From: Candidatus Aenigmatarchaeota archaeon
GTDB taxonomy: Archaea; Aenigmatarchaeota; Aenigmatarchaeia; GW2011-AR5; JAGGXF01
Reading direction: 5' to 3'
Assembly (NCBI GenBank): GCA_021157845.1
Contig: JAGGVU010000006.1
Span: 4,070-68,069, forward strand
Length of the DNA stretch: 64,000 nt
A program made the translations under genes and the position numbers. Below are positions 41,256 through 51,074 of the stretch, piece after piece (position 1 is the stretch's first letter; each line of letters starts with the position of its first letter). Under the pieces are notes generated by a model. That model searched no databases, was not told the origin of the DNA, and saw only the letters and a list, made by a program, of their open reading frames with translations.

Positions 41256-44200
41256 GAAACATTAATTTTTGGATATATACACATAGCTTTTAGCTCATCT
41301 GTCATAAGTTTGAAAGCGTAAGACATATCAACATCAACTATATCAGACTTTTTACATACCGGACAATATTTCTTTCCTTTTACTTTATCATATATTGCAA
41401 TTAGCCCACACTTTTTACATATGGGTATAGTAACTTTGTCTGAATCAAACCTCTCCTTTAAAAGAAGAGCAGCACCGTATGCTAGCAAACAATCCTTTTC
41501 CATCTCACCCAATCTGAGACCTCCTTCTTTTGCCCTTCCTGCTGTCGGTTGCTTGGTTAGAAGAGTTACCGGACCGCGAGACCTTGCCTGTATCTTATCA
41601 GCAACCATATGATGGAGTTTCTGATAAAATATTGGGCCTACAAATATTGACGATTTAATCTTTTTTCCTGTTATGGCGTCATAGAGTGTTTCTTTACCAT
41701 CAAACCTAAATCCGTGCTTTGTAAGAAAATCGTAGATTTCTTTTTCATTCAGCTTATTAAAGGGCGTAGCGTCAAAACACTCGCCTTTTATTGCTGCTGC
41801 TTTTCCTGTAATAACCTCTAATATCTGACCCACAGTCATACGTCCCGGTATTGCATGCGGATTTAAAATTACATCAGGCACTATACCATCAGATGTAAAT
41901 GGCATCTCTTCCTCAGGAACTATTAGTCCGCAAACACCTTTCTGACCATGCCTTGATGCAAACTTGTCTCCCAATTCAGGTACCCTCAAATCTCTTACAA
42001 CAACTTTAACAAGCTTATCTCCATCTTCTGTTTTAGATATAATAACACTATCAACAATACCGTGCTCTCCATGTCTTATAGTTTCACTCGTTTCTCTTCT
42101 GTTCTCTATTTCCATTATAAAGCTCTCCATTGGACCAAAAAACCTGAGAGGAGATATTTTACCTATAAGTACGTCGCCAGAATCTACTGTGGTTTCCGGA
42201 TTTATAATGCCATCCTCGTCTAAATTTATATAAGATTCTTCTGCTCTATAACCATTAACTGCTTTGTCAGGTATCTTTATTTCATCCTTTTCTATGCCCC
42301 AGTATCTTTTTTCAATTGTGCTGTAAGTTCTAAAGAACATTGACCTTCCAAACCCTCTCTCTATGCTTGCCTTGTTGATTACAATTCCATCATCCATATT
42401 ATATCCTTCATAACTCATAAGTGCTATTACTATATTTTGCCCCTGTGCATGTGTCTCGAGATTTACGACATCTGTGACCTTTGTTTTTACAAGCGGTGTT
42501 TGTGGATATATCATTATATTTGACTTCGTATCAGCACGCATAAAGAAATTTGTCGCGTATATGCCGAGGGCCTGGCCACTCATCTTTGCACCAAAGTTTA
42601 CACGATCCCCTCTGTTATGTTCTGCGAATGGGACAAGATTTGCCGATATGCCAATTATCAGCGATGGGTCTATCTCCAGATGTGTATGCTCTGGTGTTAT
42701 ATCTTCTTCTTTAATAGCAATCAACATATTATCTTCTTCAGCGGCATCAAGGTATTCAATTATTCCCTGCTTAATTAAGTCATTCCATCCAAGTTCTCCC
42801 TTTTTCATTTTTTCTATGTGTTTTGCAGTCAATCTGGGCTTTCCGTTTTCCAGAACCAAAACTGGCCTCTCCAGCCTTCCCGCATCTGTGTTGATATTAA
42901 TTTCATCAAACTTCTCATTATATGCTATTCCTATAAATGGGTCTAAAAGTCCCATTCTTCTTTTTTCTCTCAACTCGTTTAGCAATGTTTTTACTTTGCT
43001 TACTTTTCCTATAATTTCTCCACCAAGAAATACACAAGTTGATGCTGTTTCAACATTATATTTGTTTACAATAGATTTTATTTCCTCAATATATTTCTCA
43101 TCTGCTGTAGTTGAAATTACTGACATAAGTGCAAGATATTTTCTTAATCCTATATTTACACCTTCTGGTGTTTCCTCGGCGCATAATCTTCCCCACTGGG
43201 TAGGATGTAATATTCTTGCCTCAAAATGCTCCTGTGCAGATGATAATGGAGAAATGACATTTCTCAGGTGAGCATATGTTCTTATGTAGTTATTCCTTTC
43301 CAATCTTTGACAAATGCCAGTTCTTCCACCAATCCACTGGCCTGTCGCCATATGAGATATAATTCTCTGTGTCAGATATCCACCCTCAACTATTGATTGG
43401 ATAGAGGGCAATTTTTCTCTTTTAGCCAGTTTCTGATAAGTATAAGCTATTCTTGCCACAAGACCATATTTTCCGAGCAAAATAGATCTTAGCAGAATTT
43501 CCAGAAAGTCTGCACTCAATTTAAGCCTTTTGTTTGCATAGTGGTCAATATCTTGTTCTTCAATTTTACCAAGCCCGAGTTTCAACAACTTATGTGCGAC
43601 CCTTCCGAGATATATGGCTTTCTTTTTTCTGTCCTTTTTTTCTTGACCAAGATGAGGAAGAAGATACTTATCAAGCATGTCATTAACTCTTTTCTGTCTA
43701 TATTCCGGCTGCGGTATCTTCAGCATTTTCCCAATATAATTTATAGCTTCTTTCTGAGAATCAACAGAAAATTCATATATGTTAAAATAAATCTCCTGCA
43801 TTTCGTCGTCTTCGTCTGATATAGCATCAATTATTTCCTTATCTGTTTCTAAGCCAAGAGCCCGCAGCACAACAACAAGTGGAACACCTTTTAAATTAGA
43901 ATATGAAATATCTATGATTCCGTTTTTTCTTTTTACAAGGTGCCTTTGTACATAGCCGTTAATTTCAGAATTTATCCTTGCTGTTTCTGTCTCATCTTTC
44001 TTTTCTATTATAGGTATGTTTGCAACGATTTCCTCAACTATCACAAGGACTCTTTCCGTTCCATTTATTATAAAGTATCCGCCCGGATCAAGGGGGTCTT
44101 CACCAAGCTCTATCAACTCTTCTTTTGTCTTTCCATGAAGAGCGCATATTTTGGACTTTACCATAACTGGTAATTTTCCGATTTCTACCTCTTTAACCTC

Positions 44201-44512
44201 CTGTTCAACACCATTAAGAACAGGTATCATCTCAAGAATCAATGGAGCTGCGTAAGTTAGATTTCTCAACCTTGCTTCCATAGGTGTTATATTTCTCCAC
44301 GCACCGTCTGCTTCTTTTATTCCCGGTTTTGCAACCCTTATTTTTCCCAATTTTATCTTAAATTCTCCTATTTCCGGGGTTTCTAACTCTATCTCACCAA
44401 TATCATCTATTATTTTCTGAATTCTTTTATCAATAAACTCGTTAAAAGAATTGATTTGGTGATAAATAAACCCTACATCACGCTTAAAAGCATTCAAAAG
44501 TGTCTGATACAT
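41252..44512 (-). CDS. rpoB: DNA-directed RNA polymerase subunit B (unsplit, 1086 aa)
   Basis: Rpb2 motifs throughout and the C-terminal Zn ribbon CKKCGLIAIYDKVKGKKYCPVCK; a single uninterrupted ORF. Confidence 0.95.
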   Translation of the reverse strand: MYQTLLNAFKRDVGFIYHQINSFNEFIDKRIQKIIDDIGEIELETPEIGEFKIKLGKIRVAKPGIKEADGAWRNITPMEARLRNLTYAAPLILEMIPVLNGVEQEVKEVEIGKLPVMVKSKICALHGKTKEELIELGEDPLDPGGYFIINGTERVLVIVEEIVANIPIIEKKDETETARINSEINGYVQRHLVKRKNGIIDISYSNLKGVPLVVVLRALGLETDKEIIDAISDEDDEMQEIYFNIYEFSVDSQKEAINYIGKMLKIPQPEYRQKRVNDMLDKYLLPHLGQEKKDRKKKAIYLGRVAHKLLKLGLGKIEEQDIDHYANKRLKLSADFLEILLRSILLGKYGLVARIAYTYQKLAKREKLPSIQSIVEGGYLTQRIISHMATGQWIGGRTGICQRLERNNYIRTYAHLRNVISPLSSAQEHFEARILHPTQWGRLCAEETPEGVNIGLRKYLALMSVISTTADEKYIEEIKSIVNKYNVETASTCVFLGGEIIGKVSKVKTLLNELREKRRMGLLDPFIGIAYNEKFDEININTDAGRLERPVLVLENGKPRLTAKHIEKMKKGELGWNDLIKQGIIEYLDAAEEDNMLIAIKEEDITPEHTHLEIDPSLIIGISANLVPFAEHNRGDRVNFGAKMSGQALGIYATNFFMRADTKSNIMIYPQTPLVKTKVTDVVNLETHAQGQNIVIALMSYEGYNMDDGIVINKASIERGFGRSMFFRTYSTIEKRYWGIEKDEIKIPDKAVNGYRAEESYINLDEDGIINPETTVDSGDVLIGKISPLRFFGPMESFIMEIENRRETSETIRHGEHGIVDSVIISKTEDGDKLVKVVVRDLRVPELGDKFASRHGQKGVCGLIVPEEEMPFTSDGIVPDVILNPHAIPGRMTVGQILEVITGKAAAIKGECFDATPFNKLNEKEIYDFLTKHGFRFDGKETLYDAITGKKIKSSIFVGPIFYQKLHHMVADKIQARSRGPVTLLTKQPTAGRAKEGGLRLGEMEKDCLLAYGAALLLKERFDSDKVTIPICKKCGLIAIYDKVKGKKYCPVCKKSDIVDVDMSYAFKLMTDELKAMCIYPKINVS

Positions 44513-44560
44513 TTTACAACCTCTTTTATGATGTCAATAAATTTATTAATTGGATTTAAA

Positions 44561-44800
44561 TTAGACAACAACTCTGTAATAATATGCAACTCCAGCTGTC
44601 TCTGATTTCCTTTCTATTTTTATTATATCTCCTTTTTTTGCACCAATTGCCTTTACAGCCGGATCACGTTCCTTTATACGTGGCAATTGTTTTAGGGAAA
44701 TATTAAATTTTTTTAGAAGCTGTTGCTTTTCTTCTTCTGTCATTATCTCATGTTTCGGAACTAAATAATTTTCAAAAATGTTTATTTCTTTTTTAGCCAT
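44561..44800 (-). CDS. rpoH: DNA-directed RNA polymerase subunit H (Rpb5 C-terminal domain homolog)
   Basis: 79 aa with [26 protein letters not shown]...[10 protein letters not shown]; located upstream of rpoB. Confidence 0.85.
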   Translation of the reverse strand: MAKKEINIFENYLVPKHEIMTEEEKQQLLKKFNISLKQLPRIKERDPAVKAIGAKKGDIIKIERKSETAGVAYYYRVVV

Positions 44801-44865
44801 ATAAACATCGCCTTTTAAATGCCAACTTTCTTAGTTTACCATTTACAAACCAAGCAAATCCTTAA

Positions 44866-45039
44866 CTATAATTTTTTTCTGCCTCTGCGCCAGTTTTTGG
44901 TATATGACATTATTCTTCTAGCCCTGGCACGCTTCAGCCCAAATTTCTTAATATCAGCCCATCTTGGTGCACGCTTTGTTTTTGATGCTATGAGTTTTAT
45001 TTTTTTACCAAGCGGTTTTCTAGTTGACATATTTATCAT
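44866..45039 (-). CDS. rpl39e: Ribosomal protein L39e-like small basic protein (57 aa)
   Basis: Minus-strand ORF not in the track (under 60 aa): MINMSTRKPLGKKIKLIASKTKRAPRWADIKKFGLKRARARRIMSYTKNWRRGRKKL. The KPLGKK...R.P.W...K......NWRR..KL pattern fits eL39. Confidence 0.5.
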   Translation of the reverse strand: MINMSTRKPLGKKIKLIASKTKRAPRWADIKKFGLKRARARRIMSYTKNWRRGRKKL

Positions 45040-45076
45040 CTTTTCTTGTCGTCCTTTTGACTGTTATTAAACCAAA

Positions 45077-45270
45077 TGGGCCCGACGGGATTCGAATTCG
45101 CGGGCTGCATTACAGCAATGCGGTGCAGCCTCCCGCGACACCCGGCTTAAAAGGCCGGTGCTCTAGCCAGATTTCCCGAAACAATTACGCAGGTAATATG
45201 CATCTTTTCTCCAGAGCTTTGATCTCTTTGATTGGCGATTGAGTCAAAGATCCGCCTGAGCTACGGGCCC
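45077..45270 (-). tRNA. tRNA-Lys (anticodon UUU) with two non-canonical introns (D-loop and T-arm)
   Basis: Minus strand: GGGCCCG-TA-GCTC-AG[~87-nt intron]TCTGGCT-AGAGC-A-CCGGC-CTTTTAA-GCCGG-GTGTC-GCGGG[35-nt intron]TTCGAAT-CCCGT-CGGGCCC-A. Confidence 0.7.
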
Positions 45271-45273
45271 AAG

Positions 45274-45441
45274 CGCCCTAGCCGGGATTTTCACCAACCT
45301 TTTCTTTTCCCATCCAAGGCTTTTCTTTTTTAAAAGAAAAGGGTTGGATTTGAACCCGGGTCGCAGCCTTTCTGCTTTTGGTAAACCTTTTCAAAAGGCT
45401 GGTCGACAGGGCTACATGCTAGTCCACTACACCACCAGGGC
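45274..45441 (-). tRNA. tRNA-Asp (anticodon GUC) with an anticodon-loop intron and a T-loop intron
   Basis: GCCCTGG-TG-GTGT-AGTGGACTA-GCAT-G-TAGCC-CTGTCG[intron]A-GGCTG-CGAC-CCGGG-TTCAAAT[intron CCAACCC...GGTGAAAAT]CCCGG-CTAGGGC-G. Only 3 nt separate it from tRNA-Lys. Confidence 0.65.
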
Positions 45442-45613
45442 ATATCCTATGAAATTAAATTTAAACTATTAATAATTTTCTTTTTTCATCAAAACTCATC
45501 TAAAGGCTATAGCACTAACTAATTTATTAAAAATTCTATAATTGGTAAGATAAAGGAAAGTACTAATAACTCTAAAAATCCCAATAAACATCATATCCCT
45601 CTGATAAGCATAA

Positions 45614-45731
<118 letters not shown>

Positions 45732-45943
45732 TAAACAATTTAAGCCGAAATACATTTAAACCTTTCGGAACCCGTTTTTGTGTGGTGATGCAAGAAATAT
45801 CTGCAGATATTAGAAACCTGTATCAAATATTTTGCTTAAAACATTAAGTAAAAGCTCACGCAGTTGCTGCTTATAAAAATATGGAGTTTGCCATCGTAAA
45901 ACAAACTAGACAAAAATGCGTAGTTACATAATTAAAAAAAAAT

Positions 45944-46167
45944 CCCGCGAGTGAGATTTTCACAACTTTTCTCTTTTCCATTCAAGATTTTCTCTTTTTA
46001 AAGAGAAAAGGTTGAGTTGAACTCACAACCTTTCGGTCTCTGAGCGATTGCTGGAATCGTGTATGGCAAAGCAATACACGCTACAGCCGAACGCTCTGCC
46101 AATTCTCCAAACCCATTAATGGCTTTTGCCAATGTTCTTAAAGGGTTGTGATTGAGCTATCGCGGGA
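45944..46167 (-). tRNA. tRNA-Tyr (anticodon GUA) with three introns (D-loop, canonical 37/38, T-loop)
   Basis: CCCGCGA-TA-GCTC-AA[intron]TTGGCA-GAGC-G-TTCGG-CTGTAG[intron]A-CCGAA-AGGTT-GTGAG-TTCAACT[intron CAACCTTTTC...GTTGTGAAAAT]CTCAC-TCGCGGG-A. Confidence 0.65.
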
Positions 46168-46239
46168 TTAATACTAAACAAATACTAAAGAAAGAAAACT
46201 TAAAAAGATTTTTTTATTCCCTTTCACACATTATTTTGT

Positions 46240-47613
46240 TTACAACCCTATTTTTGGCCTGCTTGAATAAGTTTTCAGTGAATGACCAGCTTTTTTGTGT
46301 GAAATAGAAGCACGCGGCAACTTTATTTCACCCTCAACACCAACAACTGATTTTAATTTGTAAGATAAAAGACGAATCTCGCCAGGCTCAAATTTCCTTA
46401 GCTTCCATACTAGTCTTGCACCGGCTTCATGCTTTTTGACAACAGGCTTTGGACCTTTCTCTACTACTAATGAAAATATGCTTGGAACAAAATCCTCTAT
46501 AATAACGCCAGATGCAACAGCCCCGGAATTGTTTTTAATTTCCAAACCAACTGTAAACTCAGCCCCTAAACGTATGCTCTTTTTTTGCATTATGAATTTT
46601 CTGATTTTTAAAATTTTTATCCGATTAAAATAAAACCATATAAGAAATATGAAAACAATTATCAATGCAATCAGACCAAAATAATTTATTTGATAGTTGA
46701 GAATTTTTTCTTCGCCCGGCGCCAATGTATTTATAACCCATATAACTTCGTTGCCTTCTATTTGTCCATTACCAAAATAGAAATTTTTACTTATGCCATG
46801 TATTGGCTCTGTTACCCTTATATTTTTTGCCTCTTCATTACCATAGTTTTTTACGATTATTTTTTTATCCAAACCAAAAAGAAGGCGCGTCTGCTCTTTT
46901 TCTATTTTCACAATTGGTAATGCTTCAACAGTAAAGGATGCTCGCTTCTCTTCTATCCCGACCAATCCCTTGCTTAAAGTTGCTGCAACTATATATGCAC
47001 CAGCATATATGTTTTCAGGCAAGCTAATTTCCTTTTCAAATATTTTTTCTTCACCTGCCTTTAATTCATCAATCTTATATTCAAATGATGATAATGTTGT
47101 CTTTCCATATACCTTTGAGAAGAGTTTTAGGTTTTTTAAAGGAATTGTTCCTTCGTTTTTTACACCAAATGTTAGCTTAATAGTTCCCAAAGGCTTTGCC
47201 TCGCCCTCTACTTTTATGGTGTCAATTGTTACGTCATATTTATTTTTTACCTTAATTAATCTTTCAATTGTCTTCTTTTCTTCTCCTGCTGTCTCTACAT
47301 TTATCTTTATCTGATAAACCTTGGCATCAACGTCTTTCCCAGGAGATATGTAAAGTTTTACTGTTTTTGAATTGAGAACATTTGGAGCATAATTTTCAAG
47401 GGTGAACCATGTTTTCCAGCCATCTATTGTTATGGAAAAACGTCCTGCCTCGTCTGTAGTTATGAGTATATTAAATACACCCTGGCTGCCTTTTTCAACC
47501 TCCAGAACATTTGGCGTTACGTTGACTGAAAAATCAGCAAAAGCAATACTGACAAACATAGCAACGAAAATGCAGAATAATAAATATTTTTTCATTCCAA
47601 CCATCAAAGCCAC
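46240..47613 (-). CDS. Secreted/membrane protein with a signal peptide, beta-rich ectodomain, one central TM helix and a basic cytoplasmic tail (457 aa)
   Basis: ORF; signal peptide MKKYLLFCIFVAMFVSIAFA; central helix LIALIIVFIFLIWFYF. Confidence 0.6.
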   Translation of the reverse strand: MALMVGMKKYLLFCIFVAMFVSIAFADFSVNVTPNVLEVEKGSQGVFNILITTDEAGRFSITIDGWKTWFTLENYAPNVLNSKTVKLYISPGKDVDAKVYQIKINVETAGEEKKTIERLIKVKNKYDVTIDTIKVEGEAKPLGTIKLTFGVKNEGTIPLKNLKLFSKVYGKTTLSSFEYKIDELKAGEEKIFEKEISLPENIYAGAYIVAATLSKGLVGIEEKRASFTVEALPIVKIEKEQTRLLFGLDKKIIVKNYGNEEAKNIRVTEPIHGISKNFYFGNGQIEGNEVIWVINTLAPGEEKILNYQINYFGLIALIIVFIFLIWFYFNRIKILKIRKFIMQKKSIRLGAEFTVGLEIKNNSGAVASGVIIEDFVPSIFSLVVEKGPKPVVKKHEAGARLVWKLRKFEPGEIRLLSYKLKSVVGVEGEIKLPRASISHKKAGHSLKTYSSRPKIGL

Positions 47614-47829
47614 CTACCATTTAAACTATAATAAAATATGTTTTTGTCTGTATATAAATGTTACTTTTTGGGGCATGGGTATATTTTATGCTCGATGAGA
47701 AGTTGATTGAAATAAAGGACTCACCGGCATCGCCGCATATTGTTTTGGCTGAAGGAATATCTTTTGTCAATAGATGTTGAAAAGATTTGCTTTTTGAATA
47801 TATAAATGCGGCATCATTTGTTAATTCAA

Positions 47830-48030
47830 AGCCCCAGGCGAGAGTTGAACTCGCGACCTTTACCTTTCCAAGGGACAACCTGTGGTTCCCCTTTTTGTTT
47901 TTGCTAAAGATTTTACGCGAAGCGTAAAATGCTTGTTACCAAGGTAACGCTCTGCCAATTTCCCTGACTGCTTTCCGCTGGCGCTTTTTTTTGTTCGCGA
48001 AGCGAAAAGGGCCAACTGAGCTACTGAGGC
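47830..48030 (-). tRNA. tRNA with D-loop and anticodon-loop introns; anticodon probably GGU (Thr) if the intron is at 37/38, alternative UGG (Pro)
   Basis: GCCTCAG-TA-GCTC-AG[~58-nt intron]TTGGCA-GAGC-G-TTACC-TTGGTA[~70-nt intron]A-GGTAA-AGGTC-GCGAG-TTCAACT-CTCGC-CTGGGGC-U. Confidence 0.5.
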
Positions 48031-48155
48031 ATTTATCCCATTTATTATGTATCTAATTTAGCAAAACTAAATTAGATATGTTAAATAACGTTTAACGTTA
48101 TTTAAATATAATTTTAACAAATAGGTTTTTATATTTACATGCAAATTAATAATCC

Positions 48156-49061
48156 GTGATTATTATGCGGATCATCCTAAAAAACTACACACCTGAGCCG
48201 GAAAAAACATGTGCAAGAGCAGCATATGAAAGCGTTTCACCTGGTGACTCGTCCAGACTGATAAACGAAGAGTTTGAGGGAGAAATAGACCTGAAAGCCA
48301 TGTTGAAAGGTGCTCTTGATCGTGGGCATGTATCTATATTAGAGCATGCGTCACAGACATTTGATATTGAAAGAACAGACCGTTCTCTGACGCACCAATT
48401 AGTCAGGCATAGGTTAGCTTCGTACACACAAAAATCCCAAAGATGGGTCGGAGCTGGGCAGTTCGGATATGTCATGCCTAAATCTATTGAGAAAGATGAA
48501 AAAGCAAACACTATATATAAAGGTACTATGTCTGATATTCAATCAGCATATGAGAAGCTTATCAAACTGGGGATACCGCAGGAAGATGCAAGATACGTGT
48601 TGCCAAATGCGACACATACAAATATAACAGTTACAATGAACTTGCGCGAATTAAGAGATTCTCTCTACAATCTCAGAATTTGTAATAACGCACAAGAACC
48701 AATTAGAGACATGGCAAGTGTTATGCTTATAGGTTCTAAAATAACTGTATCTGATTTGGGTGGGATTGTTTTTGATAATATAGGTCCAGACTGCCTGAGA
48801 AAAGATAAAAATTGTATGGACATCCTCAATAAAAAAAAGGATAGTTCGTGTATAAAGCGTGCTGCTGAAAGGATGGAAAAGGTAAACAAAATAGCTGATG
48901 AATATGCAAAAGATTTTATAGAACTTGGTGAAGGAAAATACCTGAAAATAGATTTCTCAGATTATCACAAAGATGGTTTGTTTTATTACGTAGATGATTT
49001 GTTTATAAAAAAAATCGCTCAACCCCCGCTGCATAAACTGGAAGAATTTGTAAAATTGTGA
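48156..49061 (+). CDS. thyX: Flavin-dependent thymidylate synthase ThyX with a ~90-aa C-terminal extension
   Basis: ThyX signature RHRLASYTQKSQRW (RHRxxSxxxxSxR[YW]); ATGA overlap with herA. Confidence 0.75.
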   Translation: MIIMRIILKNYTPEPEKTCARAAYESVSPGDSSRLINEEFEGEIDLKAMLKGALDRGHVSILEHASQTFDIERTDRSLTHQLVRHRLASYTQKSQRWVGAGQFGYVMPKSIEKDEKANTIYKGTMSDIQSAYEKLIKLGIPQEDARYVLPNATHTNITVTMNLRELRDSLYNLRICNNAQEPIRDMASVMLIGSKITVSDLGGIVFDNIGPDCLRKDKNCMDILNKKKDSSCIKRAAERMEKVNKIADEYAKDFIELGEGKYLKIDFSDYHKDGLFYYVDDLFIKKIAQPPLHKLEEFVKL

Positions 49062-50542
49062 CAATTATGGAAATAGGAACTATTATATCATGCGAAGGAA
49101 GTCCGAATTCTTCTGAATTCTTATTTAACATAGACAAGCCAGCTGTGAAAGTCGTCAAAAAAGGCCAGTTTGTCCAGACAAAAAATGAATTTGGGTGGGT
49201 GATATCGCGGATAGAAGAAATATACCGCTCAAACAAATATTTTGAAAACGTTGAAATAGTTGAAGAAGTAAAAAACGCCATGCCAACAAAAGAGTGGGAA
49301 TCTGTCATAGCAAAGGCAAAAACCCTTGGAATAAAAGCAAATGGCATAGAAAGAAATAAATCAAGCCCGTCGCCCGGTGCAAGAGTTTCTCTTTGCGATA
49401 AAGAGATATTGAAAGAATTTTTCGGGTTTGACGAAAACGGCCTTTATCTTGGTGATATAGATTCGCATGAACTGCCAGTCAAAATAAACATGACAAAACT
49501 TTTGCAAAAGCATTTTGCTGTTCTTGCATTATCTGGAGCTGGAAAGAGTTATTTAATTAAAGTTATTTTAGAAGAGCTTTTAGACCGAGATAAATCAAAA
49601 GGCCAGATAGCACCAATAATTTTTGACACGCATGGCGAATATATCGCATTTGACACAGACAAGCAATACGCAAGCAAAACCCAAGTTTTTAAATCATCTG
49701 ACATACGAATAGGGCTGTCAGATATATCTATGTCCACACTGTACCACCTTCTGCCTGATTTGTCACCAGCACAGAAAAGAGAGCTAAATAAGATACTAAA
49801 AGACATGAAAAGCGAAAATGATGTTTTTGACTTAGAGGATTTGGAGAGAAATATAGAAAATAATGTAAGAAGTTCTGCAAAGTACGTACTACTTGATATA
49901 ATTCATGAGATGAAGTCGTTGCACATTTTTGGCAAGTCTGATTACCCTTCTGCTAACAGTATTTGCAAACAAGGCATACTGTCAGTAATAGATTTAAGTG
50001 ATTGCACGAGTCAGAGAAAAAGGCAGATAATTGTTTACTACCTATGCAAAAAACTTTTCGAAGCGAGGCAAAAGGGAAAAATACCTCCTTTCCTGACAAT
50101 TATAGAAGAGGCGCACAATTATGCGCCTGAGCGTGTTGCAAAATATAATGCGGTGTCAAAAGGGATAATAGAAAAAATAGCAAGAGAGGGAAGAAAATTT
50201 GGAGCATGTCTCGCTCTGATAAGCCAGCGGCCAGTACATCTTGCCACAACTGCCCTTAGCCAGTGCAACACACATATAATACTAAGAATTACAAACCCCT
50301 ATGATATAGACCATATTGGAAAAAGCTCCGAGGGATTATCATCAGATGTACTAAAAAGTTTGCCCGGCCTTCACATAGGGGAAGCGATAATTACCGGAGA
50401 GGCTGCAAACCAGCCAATATGTTTCAAAGTAAGACAAAAGAAAGTGCAGGACTCTCCAATAGCAAATGAGCTTGAGAAAGCGTGCATTGATTATTCTGAA
50501 ATGGAAAAAAACAATAAGAAAGATTTAGATGCATTCAGATAG
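49058..50542 (+). CDS. herA: HerA-family DNA double-strand-break repair helicase (FtsK/HerA ATPase)
   Basis: Walker A (LALSGAGKSY) and Walker B/arginine finger region; adjacent to mre11-rad50. Confidence 0.8.
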   Translation: MTIMEIGTIISCEGSPNSSEFLFNIDKPAVKVVKKGQFVQTKNEFGWVISRIEEIYRSNKYFENVEIVEEVKNAMPTKEWESVIAKAKTLGIKANGIERNKSSPSPGARVSLCDKEILKEFFGFDENGLYLGDIDSHELPVKINMTKLLQKHFAVLALSGAGKSYLIKVILEELLDRDKSKGQIAPIIFDTHGEYIAFDTDKQYASKTQVFKSSDIRIGLSDISMSTLYHLLPDLSPAQKRELNKILKDMKSENDVFDLEDLERNIENNVRSSAKYVLLDIIHEMKSLHIFGKSDYPSANSICKQGILSVIDLSDCTSQRKRQIIVYYLCKKLFEARQKGKIPPFLTIIEEAHNYAPERVAKYNAVSKGIIEKIAREGRKFGACLALISQRPVHLATTALSQCNTHIILRITNPYDIDHIGKSSEGLSSDVLKSLPGLHIGEAIITGEAANQPICFKVRQKKVQDSPIANELEKACIDYSEMEKNNKKDLDAFR

Positions 50543-50581
50543 AAATCTTTAAATATAAGTGCTACTATATAATAATAACAA

Positions 50582-50956
50582 TTGTGTGGTGTGGATAGTA
50601 TGCTTAATAAATCAGATGTTATTACTAAAATTGTATATAAGGGTATTGAAAGCTCCACGGAACGTGTAGCAGAAGAACTAAAAGAAGTCTTGTCAGAGCA
50701 TAAAAAAGTTGACATAGGATTTAACGCGGCAAGACCGAATCAAAACACTAATTTGAAGATAATGACAATTGATGGTACATACAAAATTGAACCTGAAAAT
50801 GGCAAAGAATTACTATATCTCGCAGAGCTTGCTATGAAACTTGCCAGTTATTTTCCAGATGGGAATCATAAGATAACAATAAATGATAAATTATGGAAGA
50901 AAATGGGTGGAAAAGGTCATCCAGGCCCAAAACACAAAGGCAAGTTTAAGAGGTGA
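50582..50956 (+). CDS. Hypothetical protein (about 118-124 aa) with a Gly/Lys-rich C-terminus; not NurA
   Basis: ORF only. A 35-aa ORF (50961..51068, MKGIGIAELTYNPF...) follows with a GGTGA RBS. Confidence 0.4.
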   Translation: MCGVDSMLNKSDVITKIVYKGIESSTERVAEELKEVLSEHKKVDIGFNAARPNQNTNLKIMTIDGTYKIEPENGKELLYLAELAMKLASYFPDGNHKITINDKLWKKMGGKGHPGPKHKGKFKR

Positions 50957-51074
50957 TTTTATGAAAGGTATAGGCATAGCTGAGCTAACATATAATCCTT
51001 TCAACCCAAATAAAGAACTAAAGGAACGGTATGGATTAACAGCGTTGGAGTTAAAAGGTTATTTTTAGGCGGGT

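Noticed and set aside
42474-43271. 265-aa plus-strand ORF inside rpoB, and similar ORFs inside rpoA', EF-2 and rad50
   Set aside because: They are antisense to unmistakable conserved genes, and their translations are Ser/Phe/Leu-rich low-complexity artefacts.
44819-45070. 83-aa plus-strand ORF
   Set aside because: The opposite strand encodes a 57-aa basic protein with an L39e-like pattern in the expected ribosomal context. The plus ORF translation is low complexity.
50883-51068. 61-aa ORF as a separate gene
   Set aside because: It overlaps the end of the upstream 124-aa ORF in another frame. Only the last 35 codons (MKGIG..., with an RBS) look plausibly translated, and even that is uncertain.
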